Origin: an uncultured bacterium
Lineage (GTDB): Bacteria > Patescibacteriota > Minisyncoccia > UBA6257 > GWB1-50-10
Assembly: GCA_963722655.1 (NCBI GenBank)
Contig: CAVRNT010000002.1
Span: 71,461-135,460, forward strand
Length of the DNA: 64,000 bases
Direction of reading: 5' to 3'
This document shows positions 51,616 through 61,296 of the stretch, in pieces. Made by a program: the position numbers and the translations under genes. The notes below the pieces were generated by a model. The model worked only from the letters and a program-made list of their open reading frames with translations. It did not search any database and was not told where the DNA came from. The first letter of the stretch is position 1. Each line of letters starts with the position of its first letter.

Positions 51616-53140
51616 GCTTCTCGACTGGATCGACGGTATTTTGAACCGGGTCACGATGTACCGGCTTATTCTGTACTATTTGATCGCCCTGCTCGTCGTT
51701 GCGATCGGCTTCAGCGCCTTGAACGTCCTGCCTTACGACCCGCTCGCCCTCGCGGCCTCGGCGGTCTTCATCCTCGGCGTCTGCCTCCTCGCGAACGAGG
51801 TTTTTGCCAAGGTTTGGAAGGTGCCGGCGAATGCGGAGTCGGCCTACATCACCGCCTTCATCCTCACGCTCATCATCACGCCCCTCAAACTGCCGCACCA
51901 AGGAGCTTTCATCGAGACCGCCCTTTGGGCCTCCGCGATCGCCATCGCCTCCAAGTACGTCATCGCCATCAAGAAGAAGCACATTTGGAACCCCGCGGCC
52001 TTCGGCGTCGCCGCGACGGCGCTTTTTTTGAACGACCCGGCCACTTGGTGGGTCGCGACGGCCGCACTCGCCCCCTTCGTCCTTTTGGGCGGGCTGCTCC
52101 TCGTCCGGAAACTTCAGCGCTCCGATCTCGTTTGGAGTTTCTCCCTCGTCGCCCTCGCGACGATCGTCGCGACGAACGCCGGAGGCAACCTCGGCTTGCC
52201 CACGATTCTCCAAAGGGCCCTACTTGACGCCCCGCTTCTTTTCTTCGGCTTCGTGATGCTCACCGAGCCTTTGACCTCGCCGCCCACCCGGCCGCGCCGC
52301 ATCGTTTACGGCGCCTTTGTCGGTCTTCTCTTCGCCCCGGCGGTCCACTTGGGCAGCGTTTATTCCACGCCGGAGCTCGCGCTCCTTTTCGGGAACGTCC
52401 TTTCGTACCTGATGAGCCCGAAACAAAAGCTCGTTCTCACACTCAAGGAGAAGGTCCAAATCGCTCCCGATATGTACGACTTCGCCTTCGCGGGCGGCGA
52501 GGAAATGCGCTTCCGGCCCGGCCAGTACATGGAATGGACCCTAGGCCACGAAAAAACGGACAGCCGCGGCAATCGCCGTTACTTCACCTTAGCTTCGTCG
52601 CCGACCGAAGACGACATCCGGCTCGGCGTGAAATTCTACGAGCGGTCCAGTTCCTTCAAGCGGGCGCTTTTGAACCTAGACGATGGGCAAACCATCGTCG
52701 CCGGGCAGCTCGCCGGGGACTTCACTCTCCCGCGGGACAAGAGGAAAAAGCTCGCCTTCATCGCCGGCGGCATTGGCATCACGCCCTTCCGGAGCATGGT
52801 CAAATACCTTTTGGACAAAAAAGAGGTTCGGCCGGCCGTGCTCATTTATTCCAACCGGAACGCGGAGGATATCGTCTACAGCAACCTTTTCGCCCGGGCC
52901 GAAAGGGAATTGGACCTCAAGACCGTTTACACTCTGACCGAGACTGCGCCGGTCGATTGGCGCGGCGAGAAAGGGCGGGTGAGCGCTGCGCTGATCGCCC
53001 GGAACGTGCCGGATTGGCGCGAAAGGACTTTCTACGTCTCGGGCACGCACGCGATGGTCGCGGCGACGGAAAGCGTCCTCAAAGGGATGGGGGTGCCGCC
53101 GGGCCGGATCAAGACCGACTTCTTCCCAGGATTCGCCTGA
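51605..53140 (+). CDS. RnfD/NqrB-like membrane domain fused to an FAD/NAD(P)-binding ferredoxin-reductase domain
   Basis: KHIWNPAAFG and FVMLTEPLTSP, then FRPGQYM, RRYFTLASSP, IAGGIGITPFRSM and IKTDFF. Confidence 0.9.
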   Translation: MWRKLLDWIDGILNRVTMYRLILYYLIALLVVAIGFSALNVLPYDPLALAASAVFILGVCLLANEVFAKVWKVPANAESAYITAFILTLIITPLKLPHQGAFIETALWASAIAIASKYVIAIKKKHIWNPAAFGVAATALFLNDPATWWVATAALAPFVLLGGLLLVRKLQRSDLVWSFSLVALATIVATNAGGNLGLPTILQRALLDAPLLFFGFVMLTEPLTSPPTRPRRIVYGAFVGLLFAPAVHLGSVYSTPELALLFGNVLSYLMSPKQKLVLTLKEKVQIAPDMYDFAFAGGEEMRFRPGQYMEWTLGHEKTDSRGNRRYFTLASSPTEDDIRLGVKFYERSSSFKRALLNLDDGQTIVAGQLAGDFTLPRDKRKKLAFIAGGIGITPFRSMVKYLLDKKEVRPAVLIYSNRNAEDIVYSNLFARAERELDLKTVYTLTETAPVDWRGEKGRVSAALIARNVPDWRERTFYVSGTHAMVAATESVLKGMGVPPGRIKTDFFPGFA

Positions 53141-53160
53141 TGGCGTAAAATAAGAACGGA

Positions 53161-53829
53161 ATGTCGCAACTGTTTTTGAGATACAAAACCTGTTTCCGCG
53201 ACCGAAAGTTCGTCTGGTCGTTCATCCTGGGGGTCCTCGTCCTCGCCGCCGGGATCGCGGTCTCGATCTTCGCCATCGCCTACGCCACGAACCGGGCCAG
53301 CAACTCGGTGACCGACCTCATTTTGAGCAACATCCCGGTCTTCAACGTAGACGACGCCTTCGTTTACGGACCGGTGATCTTCTGGCTCGTCGTCATCGGC
53401 TACACATTTTGGGACCCGAAGAAATTGCCTTTCACCTTGAAGAGCATCGGCGTTTTCCTCATCATCCGTTCGGCCTTCGTCAGTTTGACCCACATCAGTC
53501 CCTTCCCGACCCACGTTGAGATCGACTCCTCCGGGCTTCTCGCCGTCTTCACGACGGGCAAGGACCAGTTCTTCTCCGGCCACACCGGACTGCCATTTCT
53601 CATTGCCATGATCTATTGGCGGGATAAATGGATGCGGGCCTTCGCCTTGGCCGCCTCGTTCTTCTTCGGCATCATCGTCCTTCTGGGCCATCTCCACTAT
53701 TCCATCGACGTCTTCGCCGCCTTCTTCATCACGTACTCCATCTTCCACATCTGCCTCTCAATGTTCCACAATGACCGGCTGATCTTCCTCGGCAAAGACC
53801 CCGCCCTCACGCCGCAAACGCAAACCTGA
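53161..53829 (+). CDS. PAP2-superfamily membrane phosphatase
   Basis: FFSGHTG and HLHYSIDV motifs; multiple TM helices. Confidence 0.85.
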   Translation: MSQLFLRYKTCFRDRKFVWSFILGVLVLAAGIAVSIFAIAYATNRASNSVTDLILSNIPVFNVDDAFVYGPVIFWLVVIGYTFWDPKKLPFTLKSIGVFLIIRSAFVSLTHISPFPTHVEIDSSGLLAVFTTGKDQFFSGHTGLPFLIAMIYWRDKWMRAFALAASFFFGIIVLLGHLHYSIDVFAAFFITYSIFHICLSMFHNDRLIFLGKDPALTPQTQT

Positions 53830-53837
53830 GCTCAGCG

Positions 53838-54236
53838 ATGGAAAGGTTCAAAAAAAACCAGGAGAAGTACATTGTGGCGGTGATGGCCGTCCTTACCCTC
53901 GTTCTCATCGTCCTTTTCATTGCCCTCATCCAGCAGTACCTGGACCTGCGTCAGCAAAGGATGATCGACGACCACGTTCTTTGGCTCTCTTTCATCAATC
54001 GCCACACGCCCTTGACCGCCGCGGACACCAACGTCATCCAGCCGTGGATGACCTTCGATTACGTTAACCGTGTCTTCAACCTGCCGCGGACCTACCTCCA
54101 AACCGCCCTCAGCGTGGGGAGCGCCAGTTACCCCCAACTCCCGCTCTACCGCTTCGCCGAATCGCAGAAGATTTCTCCCGCAACCTTCACCGACGAGGTG
54201 AGGAACGCCGTGCGGAGCTACGTCCCGGCGAAGTAA
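53838..54236 (+). CDS. Hypothetical membrane-anchored protein
   Basis: N-terminal TM helix; IQPWMTFDYVN motif; operonic position. Confidence 0.75.
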   Translation: MERFKKNQEKYIVAVMAVLTLVLIVLFIALIQQYLDLRQQRMIDDHVLWLSFINRHTPLTAADTNVIQPWMTFDYVNRVFNLPRTYLQTALSVGSASYPQLPLYRFAESQKISPATFTDEVRNAVRSYVPAK

Positions 54237-54237
54237 G

Positions 54238-54861
54238 ATGGCCTCCTATACTTCCGTCCTCGGCGTTCTCCTTTCTTACGTCCTCCTTTACAAGTATTTT
54301 ACGCTCTTCCTAGCGATCTTCCTGGCGGGCATCATCGTGCCCATCCCGGCGAGCGAGCTTTTGATGGCCGTCGGCGCCTTTTCCGGCCAGGGCTACCTGA
54401 ATTTCTGGCTGGCGCTTCTAGCCGGCCTTTCTGGTAACGTTTTGGGCGATCTGGTGGATTATTCCCTGGCGAAAAGGTACGGCCCCAGATTGATTCGCCG
54501 CTTCCGCCTCAATCGGATAAAGTTCATCGACCAACTGGAAGCGGAGGTGCGGCGGGACGCGCCTTTCATGATCTTCGCGACCCGCATCGCGGGTGCCCTG
54601 GGGCCGGCGGTGAGCGTCCTTTCCGGCGTCTCCGGCGTCTCGCTTAAAAAATTCCTGCTCTACGACGTGACGGGCAACCTGGTGGACATCGGCGGGCTGC
54701 TCCTCATCGGCTACACCGTGGGGAGCTATTGGGAGAACCTTTCCGACATCGCCGGCATCGTCATCGCCATCCTCGTCGTCGCCATCGTGATGTTCATCCT
54801 CTGGCGGATATCACAGCGGATTTTCAAAAGGACCTTTCGCTATCATGACGAGCAAAACTGA
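54238..54861 (+). CDS. DedA/VTT-family membrane protein
   Basis: PIPASELL, GNVLGDLVDY..AKRYG, FATR and SLKKFLLYD. Confidence 0.88.
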   Translation: MASYTSVLGVLLSYVLLYKYFTLFLAIFLAGIIVPIPASELLMAVGAFSGQGYLNFWLALLAGLSGNVLGDLVDYSLAKRYGPRLIRRFRLNRIKFIDQLEAEVRRDAPFMIFATRIAGALGPAVSVLSGVSGVSLKKFLLYDVTGNLVDIGGLLLIGYTVGSYWENLSDIAGIVIAILVVAIVMFILWRISQRIFKRTFRYHDEQN

Positions 54862-55375
54862 AATTGCGGTCTTCGGCGGCGGTTGCTTCTGGTGCACCGA
54901 GGCTGTTTTCAAGGCGCTCAAGGGAGTTGTTTCCGTGATGCCCGGCTACGCCGGTGGCACGACCGCAAATCCTAACTATGAGGATGTTTGTTCTGGCAAG
55001 ACCGGTCACGCCGAAGTGTCGCGCGTGGAGTACGACCCCATAGCGACATCCTACGAAGATCTGCTCACAATCTTCTTTGCCACTCACGATCCGACGACCT
55101 TGAACCGGCAGGGCGCCGACGTTGGGACACAATACCGTTCCATTATCCTCTACACGAACGAAGAACAGAAAAACGTAGCCGCGCGTTTCATTGAAAAGCT
55201 CAACGTATCCGGGCCCAAGGTCGTAACGGAGGTGAAGCCGCTTGACGTCTTCTATCCGGCAGAAGAGGGACACCAGGACTACTATGCCCGCAATCGGTCG
55301 GCCCCGTACTGCCAGATCGTTATCAACCCGAAGATGGAAAAATTGAGACAAAGATTCGATAAGTTGTTAAAATAA
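54845..55375 (+). CDS. msrA: Peptide-methionine (S)-S-oxide reductase
   Basis: GGGCFWCTE, HDPTTLNRQGADVGTQYRS and AEEGHQDYY. Confidence 0.97.
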   Translation: MTSKTEIAVFGGGCFWCTEAVFKALKGVVSVMPGYAGGTTANPNYEDVCSGKTGHAEVSRVEYDPIATSYEDLLTIFFATHDPTTLNRQGADVGTQYRSIILYTNEEQKNVAARFIEKLNVSGPKVVTEVKPLDVFYPAEEGHQDYYARNRSAPYCQIVINPKMEKLRQRFDKLLK

Positions 55376-55380
55376 GTACT

Positions 55381-55758
55381 ATGAAAGACGACAAAGAACT
55401 ACCTAAGGAGCTTTACGAGGTCGCCCGCCAGAGGGGGACAGAAGCGCCTTTCACTGGCAAATATCTGAACACACACGATAAAGGAATGTACAAGTGCGCC
55501 GTCTGCGGAGCGGAGTTGTTCTCCTCCGACGCCAAATTCGATTCCGGAACCGGCTGGCCGAGCTTCACTGAACCTAAAAATCTCGAGAACGTCGAGTTAC
55601 GACCCGATAATTCGCACGGCATGCACCGCACCGAAGTGGTCTGTAAGAACTGCGGAGCACATCTCGGGCACCTCTTCGACGACGGCCCGAAAGAAAAAGG
55701 CGGCAAGCGGTACTGCATCAACTCCGTCTGCCTAGAACTGGAGAAAAAAGATCAGTAA
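55381..55758 (+). CDS. msrB: Peptide-methionine (R)-S-oxide reductase
   Basis: GTEAPF, KFDSGTGWPSF, HLGHLFDDGP and RYCINS. Confidence 0.97.
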   Translation: MKDDKELPKELYEVARQRGTEAPFTGKYLNTHDKGMYKCAVCGAELFSSDAKFDSGTGWPSFTEPKNLENVELRPDNSHGMHRTEVVCKNCGAHLGHLFDDGPKEKGGKRYCINSVCLELEKKDQ

Positions 55759-56372
55759 CCGGCCGGGAAGTTATAAGAGGAGGGGATTTGCTTGGGCGCC
55801 TCGGCGGGCGAGCCGTAAACTATCGCTATTTCCTGGTGCGATTGGAGCTCGATGCTCCTGGGATCTCCGTAATATTGCGCGCCGTTAACGTAAACGGCGA
55901 GCGTGTCCGTGGCGTCGGCGCAGTAGCCGCCAACGCAGCTCGCCGTGAGACGCACACCCCAGATATCAAAGAACTGGCCGAGGTAGAAGGGCTGGACGAC
56001 GGGGGACTCCACGTGGACGATGGCCGTGCCGTCGTGAACGTGGATGGGCGAGATGAAACCGGCCGCGTCGTCAATGCCGATGTCCGCCGGAACCGCAACC
56101 GCTTGGCCGTGGATGAATATGTCCAAATGCTGGTGGATATGGAGGGCCGTGCCTTCCTGAGCGAGGGTCGGCAAGCCAATCGCCTGGAGCCGGGCCGCGA
56201 GCCCACCGATGTTCGCCGGCCAAGGGGCGTTACCGGTCAAAAGCCCCGGCAAGCTGCTCGGATCGGCGATGGGCTTGGGAGCCAGCGCCTGACCGCTCCG
56301 GCCGAAATAAAAAAGCGCGATCAGTATGATAACTAAAACGCTGATAATATAAGGGGTTTTGCTCTTCCGCAT
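55752..56372 (-). CDS. Hypothetical membrane-anchored His-motif protein
   Basis: TM helix; LHIHQHL, PIHVHD..IVHVESP and LGQFFDIWG. Confidence 0.8.
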   Translation of the reverse strand: MRKSKTPYIISVLVIILIALFYFGRSGQALAPKPIADPSSLPGLLTGNAPWPANIGGLAARLQAIGLPTLAQEGTALHIHQHLDIFIHGQAVAVPADIGIDDAAGFISPIHVHDGTAIVHVESPVVQPFYLGQFFDIWGVRLTASCVGGYCADATDTLAVYVNGAQYYGDPRSIELQSHQEIAIVYGSPAEAPKQIPSSYNFPAGY

Positions 56373-56427
56373 GAAAATCGAGGTTGGATTTAGTATAATA
56401 TCCTAAGTCGAAAAAACCAAATATCTT

Positions 56428-56706
56428 ATGTCCAAATCATCAAAGTTCATAGTTTGGATCGTGATCGCCGCCATCGTCGTCGTAGGCATCATTTTGATCA
56501 TCAACTCCAACCAGTCGAACCAGCCAGCTGGTACGAGCGCCGGAATCTCTGGGAACGTGAGCGGTCAAACTTCGCCGACCGACACATCGGATGCTGCGCT
56601 GAACCAGGACCTCTCGTCGCTCGACAATCAGTTGAACGGCTTGAGCTCCGATTCGGCGAGCATCAACCAAAGCTTGAACGACCAGCCGGTCACGCAAGGT
56701 CAATGA
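56428..56706 (+). CDS. Hypothetical small membrane-anchored protein
   Basis: TM helix plus S/N/Q-rich tail; TATAAT upstream. Confidence 0.7.
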   Translation: MSKSSKFIVWIVIAAIVVVGIILIINSNQSNQPAGTSAGISGNVSGQTSPTDTSDAALNQDLSSLDNQLNGLSSDSASINQSLNDQPVTQGQ

Positions 56707-57506
56707 TCAAAAATAAAACAAGGAACATGAAACAAGACGCAAGAAATACAGTAGCGGTGATCGCGATCGTAGCGACGATGATCGCCGTGCCAGTTTTCGC
56801 CCAGTCAAGTTCGACGGCGGCCACCTCGACCCGGCCCGGTCTCACAGCCCGGCTCCAGAACATCGTGAACCGCGCCGACCAGGAGATCGAAAGACGGGTC
56901 AACACGCTAAACGGCCTATCTTCCCGCATCAACTCAATGGTCAAGCTCTCGGACGCGGAAAAGAGCGGACTTTCTTCATCCATCCAGTCGCAGATAGACG
57001 AGATGAACTCTTTGAAGTCCAAGGTGGGTGAGGACGGCGACCTCACCTCGCTCAAGTCCGACGTCCAATCCATCACTAATTCCTACCGTATCTATATGCT
57101 CGTCGTGCCCCAGGGGACGATCACCGCGGCCGCCGACCGAGCGATGGAGGTGGCGAGCTCTGTCCAGGCGATTGGCGTGAAACTCCAGGCACGCCTCACG
57201 GCGGCCCAGTCGGCCGGCCATGACGTGACCGCGCTCCAGACGGACCTTTCCGACATGAACGCCAAGGCGAGCGATGCCATCACCCAGGCCCAAGCGGCCA
57301 TCGCGGAGGTGACGGCGCTCACGCCGGATAACGGTTCATCGACCCTGGCGCAGGCGAATACCGCCGCGCTCAAGGACGCCAGGACGAAGATCCAGACGGC
57401 GATGAAGGACCTCCAGGCCGCCCGCAAGGACGCTGGGACCATCGTCCAAGGTCTCCGGGCCTTCGCCAAACCGAACGCCTCTTCCACCACCTCCGGGAAC
57501 CAATAA
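56703..57506 (+). CDS. Hypothetical secreted coiled-coil protein
   Basis: Signal peptide ending PVFA, then an alanine-rich helical body; start at 56703 or 56727. Confidence 0.8.
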   Translation: MIKNKTRNMKQDARNTVAVIAIVATMIAVPVFAQSSSTAATSTRPGLTARLQNIVNRADQEIERRVNTLNGLSSRINSMVKLSDAEKSGLSSSIQSQIDEMNSLKSKVGEDGDLTSLKSDVQSITNSYRIYMLVVPQGTITAAADRAMEVASSVQAIGVKLQARLTAAQSAGHDVTALQTDLSDMNAKASDAITQAQAAIAEVTALTPDNGSSTLAQANTAALKDARTKIQTAMKDLQAARKDAGTIVQGLRAFAKPNASSTTSGNQ

Positions 57507-57520
57507 GGAAATGAAAATAG

Positions 57521-57550
57521 AAACGCTCCGAATCAAATCGGAGCGTTTTT
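57521..57550. terminator. Bidirectional terminator
   Basis: AAACGCTCCGA-ATCAAA-TCGGAGCGTTTTT between convergent genes. Confidence 0.75.
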
Positions 57551-57551
57551 G

Positions 57552-57854
57552 TTATGCCTCGTCCAGGATTATTTTCTTCTTGAAGCCGCCTCTTTCCGCC
57601 ACTTTCTTCTGGCGAATGGCCTCCGCCTCCTTCATGCTGAAACCTTCAAGTTCCGCGACGGCGTTCATCACCTCAAGAATGTCGGCGAACTCGTGGATGC
57701 TTTCGTCCTTCTTGAACTCCGCGACCTCTTCCGAAAGTTTTCCCAAAAGCTTTTCCTTGTACTCCGCGTCAGTTGCGATGTGCGTCTTAGATGTATCGCC
57801 CTTGGACCGGATGATGTCGGGAATATTGTCCCTGACAAGTTTATTGTATTTCAT
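57552..57854 (-). CDS. MazG-like nucleoside triphosphate pyrophosphohydrolase
   Basis: YNKLVRDNIPDII, KLSEEVAEF, EFADILEV and KVAERGGF. Confidence 0.88.
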   Translation of the reverse strand: MKYNKLVRDNIPDIIRSKGDTSKTHIATDAEYKEKLLGKLSEEVAEFKKDESIHEFADILEVMNAVAELEGFSMKEAEAIRQKKVAERGGFKKKIILDEA

Positions 57855-57955
57855 AATTGCCTCGTTTTAGGTTTCTTAAAGAATTATAGGCGTGATCCTC
57901 AAATTACTGCAACTTCTTGAAAAACCCGGCGATTTACCTTAAGATAGGAATGTTT

Positions 57956-58026
57956 TGCGGGATCGTCTAATGGTAGGACACATGCCTCTGGAGCATGGTA
58001 TCTTGGTTCGAATCCAGGTCCCGCAG
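57956..58026 (+). tRNA. tRNA-Gln(CTG)
   Basis: Acceptor stem TGCGGGA/TCCCGCA, anticodon arm CATGC-CTCTGGA-GCATG and GGTTCGAATCC. Confidence 0.95.
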
Positions 58027-58041
58027 CTAATACTAATTTAA

Positions 58042-58716
58042 ATGACCCGTATCAAATTTATAATTGATAAGAAAATAGATATCGATAATCATCTGATTGC
58101 TCTGGACGCGTATAGGCGACATTTGAAATCCGGTTTTAAACAAAGAGACAAGATAAACGATGCTCTTCTCAGGTTGTCAATCCAAAAAAGAAAAAAGGAG
58201 ATAGAGAAGAGTATTTCTGGATTATACAAAAAAAGAAAATACCTTGACGTTCTCGCTAGGGATATAAATAAAGTTTGGATTGAAATCGAGCCTGAATTTA
58301 TACGGAGATTAGAAAAAATTCACAAACACCCATTTCCTTTCAGGTCTGTGAGGGGCGTACTCTCTTCGGCGCAAGGATTTGGTTACAAGGTCGATAAGGG
58401 TTGGTTCGCAACAAGCATGTTTAAGAATAAATTTGGGGCCACGGATACCGCCATGCACGAACTCATGCATTTCATGTTCCATAAATATTATCAAAATTCT
58501 CCTGCCGAAAAAGGACTCCCTCAAAACAAGTTTTGGGACGTTAAAGAATCCTTTACTGTCTTACTAAATCTGGAATTTGAAGATCTACGGTTTAATATGG
58601 ATTATGGCTATCCGCAACATAAAAAACTACGGGAAGCGATAACAAAATCTTGGAAAAAGCATCATGATTTTGACAAAGCACTAGATGCGGCGGTTAGGGC
58701 CGCAAAGAGGTCATAA
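58042..58716 (+). CDS. Hypothetical HExxH-motif protein, AT-rich
   Basis: AMHELMHFMF...VKESFTVLLN...GYPQH. Confidence 0.75.
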   Translation: MTRIKFIIDKKIDIDNHLIALDAYRRHLKSGFKQRDKINDALLRLSIQKRKKEIEKSISGLYKKRKYLDVLARDINKVWIEIEPEFIRRLEKIHKHPFPFRSVRGVLSSAQGFGYKVDKGWFATSMFKNKFGATDTAMHELMHFMFHKYYQNSPAEKGLPQNKFWDVKESFTVLLNLEFEDLRFNMDYGYPQHKKLREAITKSWKKHHDFDKALDAAVRAAKRS

Positions 58717-58811
58717 CAATAAAATCGTTCGAAAATCGTCCAAGACAGCCAGCAGTAGTCAGCGCAGTTCAGAGGGAGACCGGAGAGCGTTATTTTGCTA
58801 CAATTTTTAAA

Positions 58812-59321
58812 ATGCTTCTCTCAAAAGGTTCCAGGTTAGGAATGTGGCTAATTGCAGCGATCCTTGTTTGGGTCGTTGCCCAATTTATAGGCGGGGATCT
58901 ATTCGGTTTGATGCAAAACGACCGATGTTTCGCCGTTTTCGGCTGCAACGCTGGTTTTTTCGGCTACGACGCCTTCGTCCACCTCCTATCTGGGGCAATG
59001 CTCGCACTTTTCATTGTGTGGCTTGGAGAGGCGTACCCGCAGCTCAAGGTTGTATCGGAAAATTTTCTTAAGAGCGCGGTCATCGTTATCGCGATTTGCG
59101 CGCTCATAGAGACGTGTTGGGAGATGTGGGAATTCGGGGTTGATCACTTCAGAATGGATGTCCTGCACGAGAACCTGACGAACCCGAACGTCTTGTGGCA
59201 ACCGAGCAACAGCGACACGATGGGCGACGAGACGTTCAATCTTGCGGGGAGCATCATCGCCGTTTTGATGCTCGCGGCCATCAAAGGTGAAACGCCGACG
59301 GACGAAACCGGCCGATCTTAA
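58812..59321 (+). CDS. Hypothetical membrane protein (DUF2238-like)
   Basis: YDAFVHLLSG, WEMWEF and DTMGD. Confidence 0.75.
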   Translation: MLLSKGSRLGMWLIAAILVWVVAQFIGGDLFGLMQNDRCFAVFGCNAGFFGYDAFVHLLSGAMLALFIVWLGEAYPQLKVVSENFLKSAVIVIAICALIETCWEMWEFGVDHFRMDVLHENLTNPNVLWQPSNSDTMGDETFNLAGSIIAVLMLAAIKGETPTDETGRS

Positions 59322-59334
59322 GCGTTCTTCGATA

Positions 59335-59362
59335 AGCACCAATTTAGCCGCCAAAACGTATC
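59335..59362 (+). promoter_or_regulatory. Putative ECF-sigma promoter motif (copy 3)
   Basis: AGCACC-N16-CGTATC. Confidence 0.5.
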
Positions 59363-59403
59363 AAAAAGCAAAGAGAAGGGGAACGATGTTGTATAATACA
59401 CAT

Positions 59404-61284
59404 ATGAAAAGCCTTTTATTGAAGGCGGTTAAAGCCGCGCCGTTTCTTGTCGTAATCTCGGCTCTTATCATCGCTCAAAGCGCCTACGCGATGACGCCTA
59501 CCCTCACCGCCTACGCGACGGGTAGCGGGGACAACGTCCAATTGAACGTGAACGGCGATCCGAATGCAAGCGTAGTGTTGATCTACAACACCAGCGCATC
59601 AAGCTATCCGCAAAACAGCGTCATCGGCAACACTAACGCCAACGGTTCCTTCTCGATCGTTCTCAGCACCGCGACCTATGGCATCTCCCCGAACAGTTTG
59701 TTTGCCGTGAGCGTAAACAGCCAGCAGTCCAACTCCCTCGTTTGGCCGTACAGTGCGACGAGCACAACCTCGACCGCCTTTTCCTTGGGCCAGACAACGC
59801 TTTCCCTCCAGGCCGGCCAGACCTCGGCTGTCACGGCAAATAACCTTAACGGCGGCACTATCTATCTCGCGAGCAACTCCACGCCCTCGGTGGCAAACGT
59901 CTCGATCAGCGGCAGCCAGATAACGGTCACGGCCATCGCCGCCGGTTCCACGACCGCCAACTTCTGCCTCTCGACGAACACCTCGGCCTGCGCCGCCCTT
60001 TCGATCACGGTCCCGAGCGCGAACGTGTCGCCCATCACCCTCAGCCAAAGCAGTCCGTCCATCCCGTACGGCCAGAGCGTCTCAGTCACGATCGGGGGCG
60101 GGACCGGCAACTACTCCATCGTAAGCAACTCCAACCCCGGCGTCATCCAAACGACCTTGAGCGGCGCCTCAGTCAGCTTGTACGCGAACGGCACGAGCGG
60201 CGCGGCGGCGATCACCATCTGCTCCACCGATATGAGCTCCTGCGCCGTTATTAACGCCACAGCCACCGGTTCCCAGACCGGTTCCACCGTTTCCTTTAGC
60301 CAGGTCAACCCGACGCTTTCGCCCGGCCAGATCACGGCCGTGACCGTGAGCGGGGGAACCGGCACCTATTACGTTTCGTCCAATTCCAATACGAACGTGG
60401 TCCAGACCAATCTTGTGAACGGCGTCCTCACCCTGACCGGCATCTCGAACGGTTCCGCCGTCCTCACCGTTTGCGCCTCCTCCGGTGCCTGCGGCGTGAC
60501 GACGGTGACGGTCTCGAACCCCGGCACGACCTCGTTCGCGCTCAGCCAGTCCACTTTGAACATGGCGCTGAACCAGACAGCGAGCGTGACCGCATCCGGC
60601 GCCGGCGGATATTACGTCTCGACGAACAGCAATCCCTCCATCGTCACTCCAACGATAAACGGCAGCACCATCACACTCATTTCGGGCGCCAATTCCGGCA
60701 CCTCCAATTTGAGCATTTGCCAGACCGGCGGCCAGTGTGCCGCGCTCGCCGTGACCGTGGGGACGGGCACGACGAACGCCTCGAATATCGTTCTTAGCCA
60801 GGTACTTTCCGTCGGCCAGGGCGTGAACCTCTTCATCTCCGGCGGGGCGGCCCCTTACTACCTCTCCTCGAACAGCACGTCGGCCTTCACCGCTACCATC
60901 GTCGGCGGCAACGCCTTGATGCTCTACGGCGCGAGCGCCGGGAGCGGCTCGGTCCAGGTCTGCGGCTCCATTGGCGGCTGCGCGACGGTGAACGTCGTGG
61001 TCGTAAGCGCCCCGGCCTCGTCCGGGAGCACGACCTCGGGTACGCCTGCGGCGACCGGCGGCACCTACCAATTCACATATAACTTCACGATCGGGGCCAA
61101 GGGCGCCGACGTGACCGCCCTCCAGAACCGCCTGACCGCGCTCGGCTTCTACTCCGGCCCGGTGACCGGATATTACGGCTCGCTCACCGAAGCCGCCGTC
61201 GAGAAATACCAGACGGCTCACGGCCTCAATTCTCTCGGCAACGTCGGTCCGGGAACACGGTCTTTCCTTAACGCGGGACAATAG
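59404..61284 (+). CDS. Secreted Ig-like repeat protein with a C-terminal peptidoglycan-binding domain
   Basis: Signal peptide ending AYA, five ~85-aa Ser/Thr/Gly repeats each with a Cys pair, and GAKGADVTALQNRL..GYYGSLTEAAVEKYQ. Confidence 0.85.
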   Translation: MKSLLLKAVKAAPFLVVISALIIAQSAYAMTPTLTAYATGSGDNVQLNVNGDPNASVVLIYNTSASSYPQNSVIGNTNANGSFSIVLSTATYGISPNSLFAVSVNSQQSNSLVWPYSATSTTSTAFSLGQTTLSLQAGQTSAVTANNLNGGTIYLASNSTPSVANVSISGSQITVTAIAAGSTTANFCLSTNTSACAALSITVPSANVSPITLSQSSPSIPYGQSVSVTIGGGTGNYSIVSNSNPGVIQTTLSGASVSLYANGTSGAAAITICSTDMSSCAVINATATGSQTGSTVSFSQVNPTLSPGQITAVTVSGGTGTYYVSSNSNTNVVQTNLVNGVLTLTGISNGSAVLTVCASSGACGVTTVTVSNPGTTSFALSQSTLNMALNQTASVTASGAGGYYVSTNSNPSIVTPTINGSTITLISGANSGTSNLSICQTGGQCAALAVTVGTGTTNASNIVLSQVLSVGQGVNLFISGGAAPYYLSSNSTSAFTATIVGGNALMLYGASAGSGSVQVCGSIGGCATVNVVVVSAPASSGSTTSGTPAATGGTYQFTYNFTIGAKGADVTALQNRLTALGFYSGPVTGYYGSLTEAAVEKYQTAHGLNSLGNVGPGTRSFLNAGQ

Positions 61285-61296
61285 GAACTCCGCCCG

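Noticed and set aside
44610-59403. Extended N-termini in the ORF track (44610, 47985, 50279, 56454, 59287)
   Set aside because: They overlap upstream genes, terminators or promoters. Downstream ATGs fit the family N-termini or signal peptides better.
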